A stretch of DNA of 63,650 bases, counting the filler, from Octopus bimaculoides (Eukaryota), in assembly GCF_001194135.2 (NCBI RefSeq). It is 6 parts of 5 records of this genome, joined end to end, with 100 filler letters (N's around TTAATTAATTAA, not from the genome) between each part and the next. Parts side by side here need not be neighbours in the genome. Positions count along the whole stretch, not along the records: positions 9,823 to 35,211 come from NC_068987.1; 5 more parts are not named here. The stretch is one strand, 5' to 3'. Below the pieces are notes generated by a model. That model was not told the origin of the DNA. It did not search any database and was given only the letters and a program-made list of their open reading frames with translations. This document shows positions 13,091 to 26,410 of the stretch, piece after piece (position 1 is the stretch's first letter; each line of letters opens with the position of its first letter). Made by a program: the position numbers and the translations under genes.

Positions 13091-13928
13091 ACATATCTGG
13101 GTACATGACGTTGCAAAAGGACATGGACAAAATGATAAACAAGGTACAACNNNNNNNNNNNNNNNNNNNNNNNNNNNNNNNNNNNNNNNNNNNNNNNNNN
13201 NNNNNNNNNNNNNNNNNNNNNNNNNNNNNNNNNNNNNNNNNNNNNNNNNNNNNNNNNNNNNNNNNNNNNNNNNNNNNNNNNNNNNNNNNNNNNNNNNNNN
13301 NNNNNNNNNNNNNNNNNNNNNNNNNNNNNNNNNNNNNNNNNNNNNNNNNNNNCAAATAACGGTCTTAGGTATACAATGAACAAAATAAACAAAACAAATG
13401 AATTCAATATAGATTCATCCTATTTTTTTAAAAAATCAAAGAAAACCTTAAATTGAAAAGTGGGTTCAAAATACATATTGTGAATAATTATATTCGAATT
13501 AGCGCTCAATTAACACATTAAAATTAAAATAAAATTTACGCTGCATTAAAATAAAAAATAAAAATTTTACAACAGTATATACGCATACTAGACTATCTAC
13601 AACATACATATATACATCAAAAGACACAGATGCATACGTACAGACAATATACGTATATAGGCGTATATTTGTAAGACATAAATACATGTACGAATACACA
13701 TGTATACATATACACATATGCACGCAATCATGCTCGCATACGAAAATTATTCAGCGTTGGAACAGGCAAGTGTATCTCAAACATATGAATCGGGCAAGTA
13801 AGGGTTGAGAAGAGTAACGTATAGATAAAGGACGTTACTAATGTAGAAAGGGAGAAAGTGTGGTTTTCGTGAGGAAAGAAAGGAAGAAAGAAAGAAAGAA
13901 GGAAAGAAAGAAGGGAAGAAAGAAATAG

Positions 13929-13963
<35 letters not shown>

Positions 13964-15090
13964 CGGAAGTGGAGTGTATATAACAAACGCACACAAAATT
14001 GGATTACGTATATATGTGTATACAAAAATGTATATTAGCATCACGTATACAGATATATAGGGATATGTACGCGAAAACACACAACTATAATTGTATACAT
14101 GCGTACGCACACATTCAAGCATGTATGTGTATACCCATGAGCGCACATTCTCATATGTAACATAGACGTACACACACGAATATATGTATGTATGTGTAAA
14201 TATAAGCATACACTCTTACCCACGCATATACAAAGACGCACACACACGAAACCATGTATGTATGTGCACAAGTATAAACATAGGCTCTATACATAAGCAT
14301 AGGCGCACACATACGAATACATATGCATTGCTACAATACAGACATCCACATAAAAAACTTTTAGGTCTTAACGTATATATGCAGACAACTTTTTTAAGAA
14401 ATTGCTGAGTGTATAATAGCGAAAATTGGGCAAAATACATACATGATAGAATCCCATATATCGAACCATCCATAAAAACGGTTAAATTTGTTTACAAAAT
14501 ATTTTTAAATAAATACAAATAAAATAAAATAAAATAAAGACAAAAAAACTATGCATATAACAGTCGAAGGCTTTCTTAAAAAAGGTAGGGATCTATACAA
14601 TATTCTTGCAATGCGAAGTAAATCATGTATAATTAGGTACAAATCCAATAGTGAGATTGCAAACTGGTTTCAAGGAGTCAAAAATTATCAAAAATATACT
14701 ACCCATATGGTATGTTATTATCCGACATTTTAAATTTAGACGCATGTATACTTGAATTTAAAAGTTCGCGTCTTTGGTTCAAAGTTTTCTTGTCTTTGAA
14801 TAAGATATGGAATTTCTCTTATAAACACAAATCACATTTAATTGGTCTTTTGTGGACACCGTGCCTGTAAGGCGATGCTCTACCTAAAATCCTCCATATC
14901 ACGTTGAAAGGTCGGGTTTCGCTTTCTTTTAATTGCCAGACTATTTTGCCAGGCCGAGATTACGACTGCGCTTCTACAAGTAATATAGATACTTCAACTC
15001 TGCCTATCCAGGTATTGTGTACTTCTGGAATAGATGGCATCACGGCTCCACAACTGGGAATATACTACCTACTTACATTGGTATATATAT

Positions 15091-15222
15091 AAGAGTGAGA
15101 GAAAGTTGTGGTGAAAGAGTACAGCAGGGTTCGCCACCATCCCCTGCCGGAGCCTCGTGGGGCTTTTAGGTGTTTTCGCTCAATAAACACTCACAACGCC
15201 CGGTCTGGGAATCGAAACCACG
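15091..15222 (-). mobile_element. tRNA-derived SINE (family A2) internal fragment
   Basis: Near-identical to 47342-47470. Confidence 0.85.
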
Positions 15223-15850
15223 TAAAATATCATAAAAAATATTAGAATTAAGAATCAGATGTCGAAATATTATCGAGTGGCAATCNNNNNNNNNNNNNNN
15301 NNNNNNNNNNNNNNNNNNNNNNNNNNNNNNNNNNNNNNNNNNNNNNNNNNNNNNNNNNNNNNNNNNNNNNNNNNNNNNNNNNNNNNNNNNNNNNNNNNNN
15401 NNNNNNNNNNNNNNNNNNNNNNNNNNNNNNNNNNNNNNNNNNNNNNNNNNNNNNNNNNNNNNNNNNNNNNNNNNNNNNNNNNNNNNNNNNNNNNNNNNNN
15501 NNNNNNNNNNNNNNNNNNNNNNNNNNNNNNNNNNNNNNNNNNNNNNNNNNNNNNNNNNNNNNNNNNNNNNNNNNNNNNNNNNNNNNNNNNNNNNNNNNNN
15601 NNNNNNNNNNNNNNNNNNNNNNNNNNNNNNNNNNNNNNNNNNNNNNNNNNNNNNNNNNNNNNNNNNNNNNNNNNNNNNNNNNNNNNNNNNNNNNNNNNNN
15701 NNNNNNNNNNNNNNNNNNNNNNNNNNNNNNNNNNNNNNNNNNNNNNNNNNNNNNNNNNNNNNNNNNNNNNNNNNNNNNNNNNNNNNNNNNNNNNNNNNNN
15801 NNNNNNNNNNNNNNNNNNNNNNNNNNNNNNNNNNNNNNNNNNNNNNNNNN

Positions 15851-15912
15851 AGGCTGTTCCGTTGGTCGGATCAACTGGAACCCTCGACGTCGTAAGCGAC
15901 GGAGTGCCAACA
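15851..15912 (+). mobile_element. SINE 3' tail (shared A/A2 tail)
   Basis: ctgttccgttggtcggatcaactggaaccctcgacgtcgtaagcgacggagtgccaac matches 18160-18217 and 18512-18569. Confidence 0.85.
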
Positions 15913-16001
15913 GTATACATGGAATTCTATGCATACGCGCATGCACTTAAATGCTCCACCACACACACACACACACACACGCACACACACACGCGCACAC
16001 G

Positions 16002-16042
<41 letters not shown>

Positions 16043-16102
16043 TCACACACACATAAATACCTAAATTTGTGGTCATGAATTCCTTTTCTTTTTACATTCC
16101 AG

Positions 16103-16147
16103 TTGCTGAAGCCATTTCTGTTTTCTCTGACGAATCCCTTGCGCCTG
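16103..16147 (+). CDS. Internal exon of the same unidentified gene (V-AEAISVFSDESLAP)
   Basis: Acceptor tccttttctttttacattccag, donor G|gtaagt, 45 nt, phase 1-1. Confidence 0.65.
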
Positions 16148-17892
16148 GTAAGTCTCTTAATAAAGCTATGCCATAAGATACGCAGATATACACACATATA
16201 TCCGTGTAGAAATACACGTATGGTACATACATATACATACGCATGCATGTATGTGCATGTGTTTAGTGGATAAATAAAATAACAGTCCACAGAAATCTTG
16301 CCTGGTGGTTGATCGCGCCTGTTGTTCCACCTGGTAAAATTCGAGCTGACTGTCATCTCTTCATAGCATAAACGTATCTATTAAAGCTACCACTTGGCAT
16401 ATGGAATTCTATATCAGCTAATGTTTGCAGTATATATATATAATATATCTACTAATATATGTTCTATGATTTATAAAATATTTATATAGTATAGGTTAAA
16501 GTTAACTGGTATATGGTGAATATCAATTAGAAAAAAAGGGTAAATTTGTAATAAGCTTATATGCAATCAAATAATACATGATAAAACTGAAGTTAAAAAG
16601 AGCTACTTATTCACATACAGGCGTAAGCAAAGTTTTTTTGCAAACATATAAGAAAATAGGGGTTTGTGAACGCGAAGATAATTTAGAAGAGGTGCGGGAG
16701 TTTTTGTACAAGAGAACAGGAAAATAAATCGCCCATTTCAAAAATAACGGATTGAAAATATATTTGCAACGAAAAAACTTGTTAAGAAATTCTGTTCCGT
16801 AGGTAAGGCATGTGTTGTAGAATCTTCAAGTTAAATTTGAAAACTGTGTTAAAAGTCTTGAAAAATCATATATATGACAAACGGAAGATTTTCTATTGGC
16901 ATTGAAAGAATTGTCGATCAGTCCAATAAAGGACAGAGGTTGGAAATGAATTTAATTATGACACAAAAGACAGTTCATTTTCTTGGAAAGTTCCTTAGAG
17001 GGGAAATTTACTGGTGTTTATACGCTTACAGATAGAAGAGAATTGATGATCATGTTAAGCTTTCAATTTTTAGATGCTGAACGCACTTATAGCTTGAGCA
17101 AAATTGTAGGTATTAGAATAAAAGCATCTATATAATTTTGTTTAAGTAGTTTATCACTCTTTTGATGAAGGACATTTTGAAGAAACGCTTGGCTATAGGA
17201 GTAAATTCATTCAATTTGAAGAGCATACTAAAATAGCCGATGTATTTATGTCCACATTCAATGGATGGCATGTGTATATCTCCAGTACTTTCTTTTCCTC
17301 AGTAAAGAAACTAAAAGTTTAGAATTTAGGGAAAAAATATAGAAAAACGATTCGCTATTTAAATCATTGTTGTGTATCGTGAAATTATAAATCATTGTTT
17401 AGTATCGTAAAATTATAAAGCATTCGTATGGATTTTCGACACATCTTAATCGAATTTCTTTTAATATTCGCAGTGCACCTATATACATCTTACAGAAGGA
17501 TATTTGAAAACATGTCATATGTTTATGTTAATGCATGGTATATGTAAACCATGATATCATTAAATCTTTGCACACATGACAGTTTTACATGTTTATTTTT
17601 ATTTTTAAACCATATTTTGCTTCACAAACCACTTCATTTCACGTTGCACTCCTGTCCACTCAACTGACAAAATGAAGTAATCCTGCGACGGACCAGCGTC
17701 CCGTCCAGGCGGTAATTTGTATACCACGGAAATCAGGAAAGCGGCCTTGTGAATCTATATACCTCAGGAAAAGGAGGTTTATGCCTTTTTTTTTTAAATT
17801 TTGTTTCACATATTCATAATTCATAGATGCATGCNNNNNNNNNNGTTACATGTCTGCAAGCTATAATGTTGGCAGATTATGAATACAAAGTA

Positions 17893-18217
17893 GTGAAGGC
17901 GCGTGGCTTAGTAGTTAGGGCATTCGACTCACGATCGTAAGGCCGTGAGTTCAATTCCCGGCGACGCGTTGTGTCCTTGAGCAAGACACTTTATTTCACC
18001 TTGCTCCAGTCCACTCAGCTGGCAAAAATGAGTAGTACCTGTATTTCAAAGGGCCGGCCTTGTCACACTCTGTGTCCCGCTGAATCTCCCTGAGAACTAC
18101 GTTAGGGGTACACGTGTCTGTGGATTGCTCAGTCACTTGCACGTTAATTTCACGAGCAGTCTGTTCCGTTGATCGTATCAGCTGAGACCCTCGTCGTCGT
18201 AAACGACGGAGTGCTCC
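17893..18217 (+). mobile_element. Full-length tRNA-derived CORE-like SINE (family A, tail variant 2) with target-site duplication
   Basis: A/B-box head, CORE-like tgtgtccttgagcaagacactttatttcac; 16-bp TSD ttatgaatacaaagta at 17877-17892 and 18220-18235. Confidence 0.92.
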
Positions 18218-18285
18218 TTTTATGAATACAAAGTATAAGACTAGAGAAAATATGGTGGAATTTTTTACTAATAACATCTTTACAG

Positions 18286-18320
18286 GTGTTTCAGTAACAG
18301 TCAGAAACAGGATTACATAA
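18286..18320 (+). CDS. Probable terminal coding exon (G-VSVTVRNRIT*)
   Basis: Branch-like actaat plus acatctttacag acceptor; phase 1 joins 16147; TAA at 18318-18320. Confidence 0.55.
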
Positions 18321-18440
18321 GATTAACCTTATGCAATCATGTATCGAACGTCACCTCATCAGAACTTTCCCATAAAGGAATTACTTCAAGCTGTATTCTC
18401 CAATCTTATTCTTATTCTTCAAACTGTATTCTCCAATCTG

Positions 18441-18569
18441 TGGAGGCGCAGTGGCCCAGTGGTTAGGGCAGCGAACTCGCGGTCATAAGATCGCGGTTTC
18501 GNNNNNNNNNNCCGTTGATCGGATCAACTGGAACCCTCAACGTCGCAAGCGACGGAGTGCCAACAACAA
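18441..18569 (+). mobile_element. tRNA-derived SINE family A2 (middle collapsed into a gap)
   Basis: Head ggaggcgcagtggcccagtggttaggg, shared 3' tail, 11-bp TSD attctccaatc (18428-18438 / 18570-18580). Confidence 0.85.
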
Positions 18570-18799
18570 ATTCTCCAATCGTATTCTCGAAAGCGAGAAT
18601 GGCGTGGTTGCTTGTACCACGCGTTTGCTAAATGTTTTAGGTACCTATATAGACGTGAGTAAATATAGACACACTCATTCTTCAACCATTGACTAAGCCA
18701 AACAGCGATGATGTAACCACTGGAATGATGGAGCTGCACCAGTTTTTTCAGCTGAGGAGGCTGCAGTAATATGAAACTAAAAGGCTTGTTCAAGGACAT

Positions 18800-19850
18800 G
18801 ACTCCGACCATAAACTTTACCTAAATGTAAAATTTCATCAAAATCGGATGAATTGTGTAAAACTTACAGCCTATGCATGCAAAAACATCCTATGCATACA
18901 AAAAGCCTATTGATTTCTTTAAATCTTCCGTTCACGCGCAATTATCGATTTTTTTGTCTACTTTTCGTGCTGGTATCAACTTATGAACATGAATTGTAAT
19001 CACGTGTAAAATTTCTACAAAATCGATATGAATGTCTCTAAAGAAATGCTTATTTGCATTTGTGCCCTTTTCAAGCCCTTGTGAATTAAATAAACACCTT
19101 TACCGTCTCCCCCACCACAAAATTTACCTACATCTCAAATTTTATTAAAATCGTATAAAATATATAAAAGTTACGGCCAAAAATAAAATCCCTCTGGGTA
19201 TTTGCACGCAAAAAGCCCATTGGTTTTATAAAACCACTGCTCAGGCGCAATTATCAATTTTTGTCAACGCCATACACTGACATAAACTCACTGCCATGAG
19301 CCTCGCTCACTCAGCTATTTTCATCAAAATCGGACAAAAAATGCANNNNNNNNNNGATATGAATGTCTCTAAAGAAATGCTTATTTGCATTTGTGCCCTT
19401 TTCAAGCCCTTGTGAATTAAATAAACACCTTTACCGTCTCCCCCACCACAAAATTTACCTACATCTCAAATTTTATTAAAATCGTATAAAATATATAAAA
19501 GTTACGGCCAAAAATAAAATCCCTCTGGGTATTTGCACGCAAAAAGCCCATTGGTTTTATAAAACCACTGCTCAGGCGCAATTATCAATTTTTGTCAACG
19601 CCATACACTGACATAAACTCACTGCCATGAGCCTCGCTCACTCAGCTATTTTCATCAAAATCGGACAAAAAATGCAAAAACTGCAGGAAAAATAACATCG
19701 TTATGGGAATTTCCATTCAAACGCCCGATTGAGCTCACAAAAATCGATGCAAACTGAGCATTATCAAGTTATCGAAAAATGTCAGCCTTATTTGAACTTC
19801 AGGGCATATGATCTACCTAAATCATTAAAATCGGTTTGACAGACACCTTT
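18800..19850. repeat. Degenerate tandem array with recurring aaatttcatcaaaatcgg-type motif
   Basis: Motif recurs several times; ~320-bp block duplicated across an 11-N gap. Confidence 0.6.
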
Positions 19851-20049
19851 ACACATTTATGTATATATATGTCTGTGTGTATTTTTCTGTGTGCAATATT
19901 ATATTGTTAACTTATTTCGTTACAAATCGCTGTGTTTCAATTATTCACTATTTTAAAAACAAAACAAAATTAAGATGTGAATTGCTGAGTCTTTTACTTA
20001 CTAGTTTAGGAGGAAGGGATAGCACTGATGGCTTTCGCAGCCCTCACAC

Positions 20050-21010
20050 ACACCCATGTTCGACTGGTAAGATTAATGCTAACAACGTACTTCTTAAAAC
20101 AATAAATGTCTGTAGGGGGGAAATCATGAACAAAGACGGAGTAATAGAAGCGTTAAGGTTCTGGGAAGAAGGAATGAGCTTAGCGAAAAGCGTAGGCCTG
20201 AGATATTGAACTCAACAAAAGTGATGAGAGAAAATAGAGTAGGTTGGAAATATCTGAGCGGAGGCAGTATAAGCCCAGTCAAATCAGAGGAGCAGAAGTC
20301 AATATAGTATCAGTAGAACAGGCAGCGAGAGGGAACTGTGCACATGTAGGCCAGAGATTGTAGTGTGTCTGTGAGTGATTTGGAGCCAGTCAGTCGTTAG
20401 ACAGTCTTTTGGATGCAGTCTGTATTTGTTAGGATCCGAAGTATCTTATTGCACTGGAGAGAAGGGTTTGTTGTTGGGAGTGGTGCTAGCTATGTTAAGG
20501 AACTGCTTTTGCTTGGATAGACGCTCGGTAATAGTGAGACAGACCCCCAAGAAGGTCCTTCTTGAGTGTTATTCATAATTAAATATGATGTGGTGTGATG
20601 TTTTATTTATGAGAGAAGTATCAGTATTTTGTTGCTATTGAAAGCGACAAGATTTGTATATCCTATTGTAAGATATTGTCAAGAATAATGTTTATGCCTT
20701 GTGTTGTCTAAGTTGTGAGTTGATGAAAGACTGGGACAAGTTAGTAAAGAGTAGTGTCAGCTGCGTTTATTATCTGAAGTGACTCAAAGTAAGTCTAGGA
20801 AAAATGAGTCATGGGTATAGCGGGGTCGATAAAATGAGAGACATATGGTGTTCTGTCAACAACAGCGGTGATAGTACAAAGTAAAAGGAAGCTATCCATA
20901 CCAGAGATGAAAGACGGGTGAAGCCTATAGACCGGCAGTATTGACAGAAGATTCGCATGTCAGACATGGTCGAAAATTTTGCCGGTGTCGAAGGTGACAA
21001 CATTGCTTTC
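20050..21010 (-). mobile_element. Decayed CR1/Zenon-like LINE, RT and 3' region
   Basis: Minus-strand remnants QY(C)RSIGFTRLSSLVW (cf. NYRPISLT..SKVME), AADTTLY (cf. YADDTTLY), SLTDTLQSLA...LFY*YY..FCSSDL. Confidence 0.7.
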
Positions 21011-21098
21011 TCTAAGACAACAGCCCACTAGTGAGTGATTAACTGGCTTTATAAAAATCTAATTATTGATCACTAAGAAGGAGAGAGAGAGAGAGAGG

Positions 21099-21177
<79 letters not shown>

Positions 21178-21379
21178 CGGAAGGGAGAGGAAGGGGTGAG
21201 AGAGCGGGAAAGATCCAAGGAGGATGTCACTAATGGTTGTCTCAATTACGTTAGTCATATTAGAAACGAGTACGATAGCAAGTGAGTAGTTGTAAAAATG
21301 AGGTTTTTATGGTTTAGCTTTCTATTCCTAATAGGATCTTTATCTGTAAGTTTCAGATTCCAAGAATTTCGTACAGAAA

Positions 21380-22930
21380 GTGAGATATTAAAAAACAAAC
21401 TGATAAAGTTTTGATAAGGTGTTCTCTTGCGTCCAAAATATTGGAAAATGCAAAGGTTTTCTGAAGGATCAAGGTGAAAGGATCATGAAATAAAGTGGTG
21501 GAGATATGTACGAACGATGGAGTTGCTCGCCATCTTTTACTCTTCAGGGATTATTTCCTCCCCGCCCTTTTTGAGTGAGACGATTCACTCTGCTCGTCAC
21601 ATCTTCCCAATTCTTGTCCACCTGGAGACTGGGATCAAACCAGTACTCGAGCAGTTTAGCCGGTCCGTCCATCCAGTACCTCAAAAGACTGTTGGACAGT
21701 ATGGACTTGCCTTTCTAGGTGCTGAGTGGCAAGCCCAGCAGCTTCACTTGGTTAACTTTTGCTCCTGTCACAGCCTCGCCTTCTCTTAAAACAGTGTTGA
21801 TCATCTCAATGTATTTGGTGCCCGATAGCATTATGGTGAGTATATGCAAGCACGAATATGCAAGAACGTATATACAAACACGAATCTTTCCCAATTCTCG
21901 TGCGTTTTTCGAAACTTCCAGCATCCACAGTATAGTCAGTACGTACAGAAGAGGAGAGAGGAGACACCCTTGACGGACCAAACATATGATACTTAACGAT
22001 TCTGACAGGTAGCCATTTATTCTGACCTCCGAGCAAACTTCGCTGTACATTGCACCAATCCAGCTTCTGAAGACTTTCAGTCGCTTTCAAATTGAGTTGG
22101 GTCTCATCTATGAGATGGAGGTTTTCGTAGATAGACTTGTTTGGGATAGCACATGTCTTCACATCACCAACAAGACAATGAATGACAAACACCAACCTCT
22201 TAGTTAATACCTCGGCCAAAAACTTGAACTCTACATTTAATACAGTTACGGGCTAAAATTATCAAAGTTGTCACCTTTGTTCGGGTCCGTTTTGATCAGC
22301 ATCACTATACTACGACTCACAGGACTAGGAATGCTAAAAAGCTGCAAGCATTTGCTTTGAATCGAGTACCATGAAGACCGTATTGTGGCTTTGCCACTGT
22401 GTTGTGCCTCGGTTCCCCGGGCCCATCAAATGGATTTCGTTCCTTCATGTCTTAGAACACGCTTCTATCTGCATCTTTGTGCTTCGCGTTGAAGAATTGG
22501 ACCAGTCTTGCTGTGAGCTCATCGTAACTACTTTCAACAGTGTACAACTTATGCTATTCCATCTACTAGCCTACAAAATACTCTATCTAGTTACAATCTC
22601 GATGAACGGTTGCTGTTTTCCCAGGTTCACACTAGCGCATTCGGGAAATCGATTCGGTGTGTCAGACAGTTGGAAACGACTGAACAGATTCGCCTATCAG
22701 TTAGCCCTATGTGATCCAGATGTGCATCCAAGATAACGTCCAGTCACCCACTAACTCTAAAGAGCGAGACGTTCCTAGAAAACCCTCCAAAGAAATTCGG
22801 TCGACGCACCACTGTTGAGGAAAAATGACGACTAGTCGAAAGGTGCTAACTTCGCTATTGTTTACGATGCAGGCAGACCTTATCTTGAGGCCTTTTCGAA
22901 ACAGCAATTCCACAATGCTCCAGACCAAGA
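21380..22930 (-). mobile_element. Decayed L1/Tx1-type LINE, RT region
   Basis: GDNFDNF..TVLNVEFKFLAEVLTKRL, TCAIPNKSIYENLHL, INGYLSESL...VRQGCLLSPLLYVL, GAKVN. Confidence 0.85.
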
Positions 22931-23020
22931 AAGAGATGCGATTTCAAAAGCACCGAAAGTAGGTGCTAAGTCGCGTGTATCAGAAGTCCCAGTCATGTCG
23001 ATGGCTATCACACCCAAAGC

Positions 23021-23581
23021 TAGTGATGACACTACTCTTTACTACTTATTAACTTTTCCCATTTTTGCATCATCAACTCGCAATCAAACTTTGAGCTGAT
23101 AGGGAGCAAGAATGATCCTGCTTTTAGGGTGAATTCATGCCATGTGCCTGGATTCACCCTGAACTCACTCATACAACTCACTCTCAGAGTTGCCGTGTTG
23201 GTAGAAAATAAAGAGAAAAAGAAATGGCTCACTTACTCGTCTGATGATCCCCGAGACCGGATGACTCTGTCTCTATGTACTTTGGGGGTTCCTTTGGGAA
23301 GTTCATTAGAAGCCCACTGTTTGCCTTTGTGCTCGTTTTATCCGCATCATTAAGGAAGTTTTCCTTCAATATTTTGTGTGTGAAGTCTAACCTTATTAAT
23401 TGTGTGACGCCTTGAAAGTGACTGACATGAAAACATCTCTCTTTTTCATTGTTTTCCCTTTGTACAATGAATGACATCAGTTTTTCATTCTTGCTCCTAA
23501 TCAGCTCAAAGTTTGATTGCGAGTTGATGATGCAAAACTGGGAAAATTTAATAAGGTGTAAAGATTAGTGTCATCTGCGTT
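23021..23581. repeat. Inverted pair of ~95-bp CR1-like RT fragments around a ~370-bp spacer
   Basis: 23021-23116 is the approximate reverse complement of 23487-23581; both carry the (A)DDTTLY-coding segment. Confidence 0.8.
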
Positions 23582-24646
23582 TGTTATTTGAAGTTATACA
23601 AAGTCATTATGTATAGGACAAAACTGAGTCAGGGGCCACAGCGGAGTTGATAGAATGAGAGACATATGGTGCTCTGTCAACAACAGAGTGTGTTTTGTTG
23701 ATGTTGTATTTGTATGTTTGTATGCTGGTGTCACTTTTGTGTATGTTTTCCTCTTGTTAAGGTAGGAGTGGAGGACGGTCGTGGTAGTGGAGATGTAGAT
23801 GTGTCTATGTTTCGTGTGGGTGCGGTTTTGTTGGTGATCTCGTGATTGTATGGTTCGTTTAAGGAAAGTGTAGTTCTTAAATCTGTTTTCTTCTCTCTTG
23901 GTTACTGTGCCGTCTCCGATGTGGGTGGGGTGGAGGGGTGTTTTCATGTGTGTCCATGTGTATGCAAGGTGGGGGGTCCTCTTTCCTGTTTTTTGTTGGG
24001 GATACAAAGCTCTAAAGTGACCTTCTATGACCCTCAGTTGCAACTGCAGCTTCACTCCATTGGGCTCGTGGATAATGTCTTGGATCTTTTTCATCTCTTT
24101 CGGCTTGATCTTTCCGTTCGTTTCACTTTGAAGAGAATGTTACTGCCTTCCAAAGTAAACCAGGCCTAAATACACAAGATGTTTAACCCAAGTGGAACTC
24201 TCTCTCTATCTTAACACAAAAGATCCATCTCCCTAACTACGTTGAGTAGAGGTAAGTTTCCTGCCATGTATGAAATCCATAGAGTCCTTGAGTGAGAGAT
24301 ACTCGGCCTCCAATTTGCTGAAATACTTTACCCTGGTTACAAGGTCTAAATCTACCCATATTCTTTCCATCCGAGCGCGTGTCGCTGTTTCTTGACGTCG
24401 AGTTTTAGCGGGCGCACAGCGATAAGTACAGTCTTTCGTGTGGTTGCTTCCCAAATCGTGGCTAAGTAACAGCTCGTGCCTACGTTGTGATTTCGATTGC
24501 AGATTAAGCCATCTCATTTCATTCGTTCCTAATGTAGAACCTTTTCCTGTCTATTTATTTGTCTCCCTTCTTAGTCTGCCTCTCAATCTTTCTCTTTTTC
24601 TCTCTCTCTCTCCTTCTTTCTCCTACTCTTTCTCTCCCTCTTTCTC

Positions 24647-24706
<60 letters not shown>

Positions 24707-25112
24707 TTCTGAGAGCTGTACTTACAATGTTCAACTGTACATAATTTGGACTTAGCCCAGTAAAACTATGTGTCTCCCTTGAGCACATTTTCTACGTGTC
24801 GTGTCCTTTCCATCATCCTTAGAATGAAGCAGAAAATATGGGCTCGCAAGACTACCATAAATAGCAGCCAAATCACCCTCTCATATCACAGCTTACTTTT
24901 TTAAATAGTCACTGATAGGGAGGATATACAGAAATACGAGATGTTCAAGGCTGGAACTAGTTTGACTGCGAGTCTGTTCGAGCATCGGTGACATGTGGCT
25001 TAATAACAGCAAACTCAACAGCAATCTGATCGCTTTCACAACCACAATCTATTATCTTACAAAGTGCACACTCAATAATGTGGTACGACACACACACACA
25101 TACACACACACA

Positions 25113-25192
<80 letters not shown>

Positions 25193-25204
25193 CAAAAATA
25201 ATTA

Positions 25205-25982
25205 CCGTATATACTCGTGTAAAAGTCGAATTTTTAGACAATTTTTTAAGGTCAAATTTATGAGGTCGACTATTACATGGGTATTACTTTTGAGGGGCTG
25301 AAATTCAAGCTAGAACCCGAATTACCGTATCAGCAGTAGAAGCCCAACTGATCTCTATGCGAATGAAAACAAAAATACAATAAATTACAGTAGTATTACC
25401 AATTCTATGCATCAAAACACACGTCCTAGTAAACTATAACGGTCGCATGGGAACTACTGATCTAACGATTAACTAAATGTTTTTAGGTTTTCCAAAGTCA
25501 TATCTTTGTACAAATTCAGACAGTGGCGTTTGCCAGTATTCGCCAATAGTGCTGTCTATGAAACACGCTTCTCACCATGTCAACAACGATTGTATGACAC
25601 GTGTGTTTATTGTGCTTGAAATGTATGCAGGCTTGCGGCATATCCTGTGTAAACATTTTAGTAATGGTGATGTAGCATCCATCAACAGATGTGTAGTACT
25701 CGCTATTAAATGGTGTTTTACTATAAGCACCGAACATTCCATTATAGCATCGAGCATTCTCCTTATAGAGCAGGCTACAGTAAGGTAGCCACACAATTTT
25801 GTAACAGTGTTATTTCTACGTACAGGATAGTACGGTACCTTGACCTGCAAATGTTGTCCTGTTGTTCGTGAAATACTTGGGTTGACTTTTATACGGGGGT
25901 CTATGGAAAATTCCCAATTTTGGGGCCAAAAATAATGGGGTCGACTTTTACATGAGATCGACTATTACACGAGTATATACGG
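25205..25982. mobile_element. pogo/Tigger-like non-autonomous DNA transposon
   Basis: TIR (ta)ccgtatatactcgtgtaaaagtcga / tcgactattacacgagtatatacgg(ta), one mismatch; TA duplication. Confidence 0.9.
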
Positions 25983-26343
25983 TAATCGGGACAGAAATGA
26001 CCCACCTACGCTAAAACAATGACGCAGAAACTAACACGTTCATTTATTATTTTGTTCTTTTTCTGTAACTGTTTCAGCAAGAGTAAAGAGAGCTGCAAGA
26101 GGTGAGTTCGTGTCACATTCTCTTTAATGTACTTTCACTTTCTTTTTTATATGCATTTTGTTATTTATTTTGTTTACCATGCGTCTCTGTTATTTTATTG
26201 TTTTCTTTCTCATATGCATTTTGTCTCTTGGTCATTCTTCTCTCTTTCTCTTCTCTCTCTGTCTCTCTCCCTCTATGTATAAGATTTTTAGTTTTATTTT
26301 TATATTCCAGTTGTACAACTATCACACATGCACAACACATACA

Positions 26344-26410
<67 letters not shown>

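Noticed and set aside
17893-17970. tRNA-like sequences (also 12050-12185, 18441, 47505, 58654)
   Set aside because: They run into SINE bodies, lack a proper acceptor stem and have TSDs or repeat tails; these are SINE heads, not tRNA genes.
19027-19680. Identical ~320-bp direct duplication
   Set aside because: Copies look identical and are separated by an 11-N gap; most likely overlapping contig ends.
23240-23270. CUGAUGA followed by a short hairpin (similar at ~29485 minus, ~32852 and ~61680 minus)
   Set aside because: No correctly placed GAAA, helix III or stem I.
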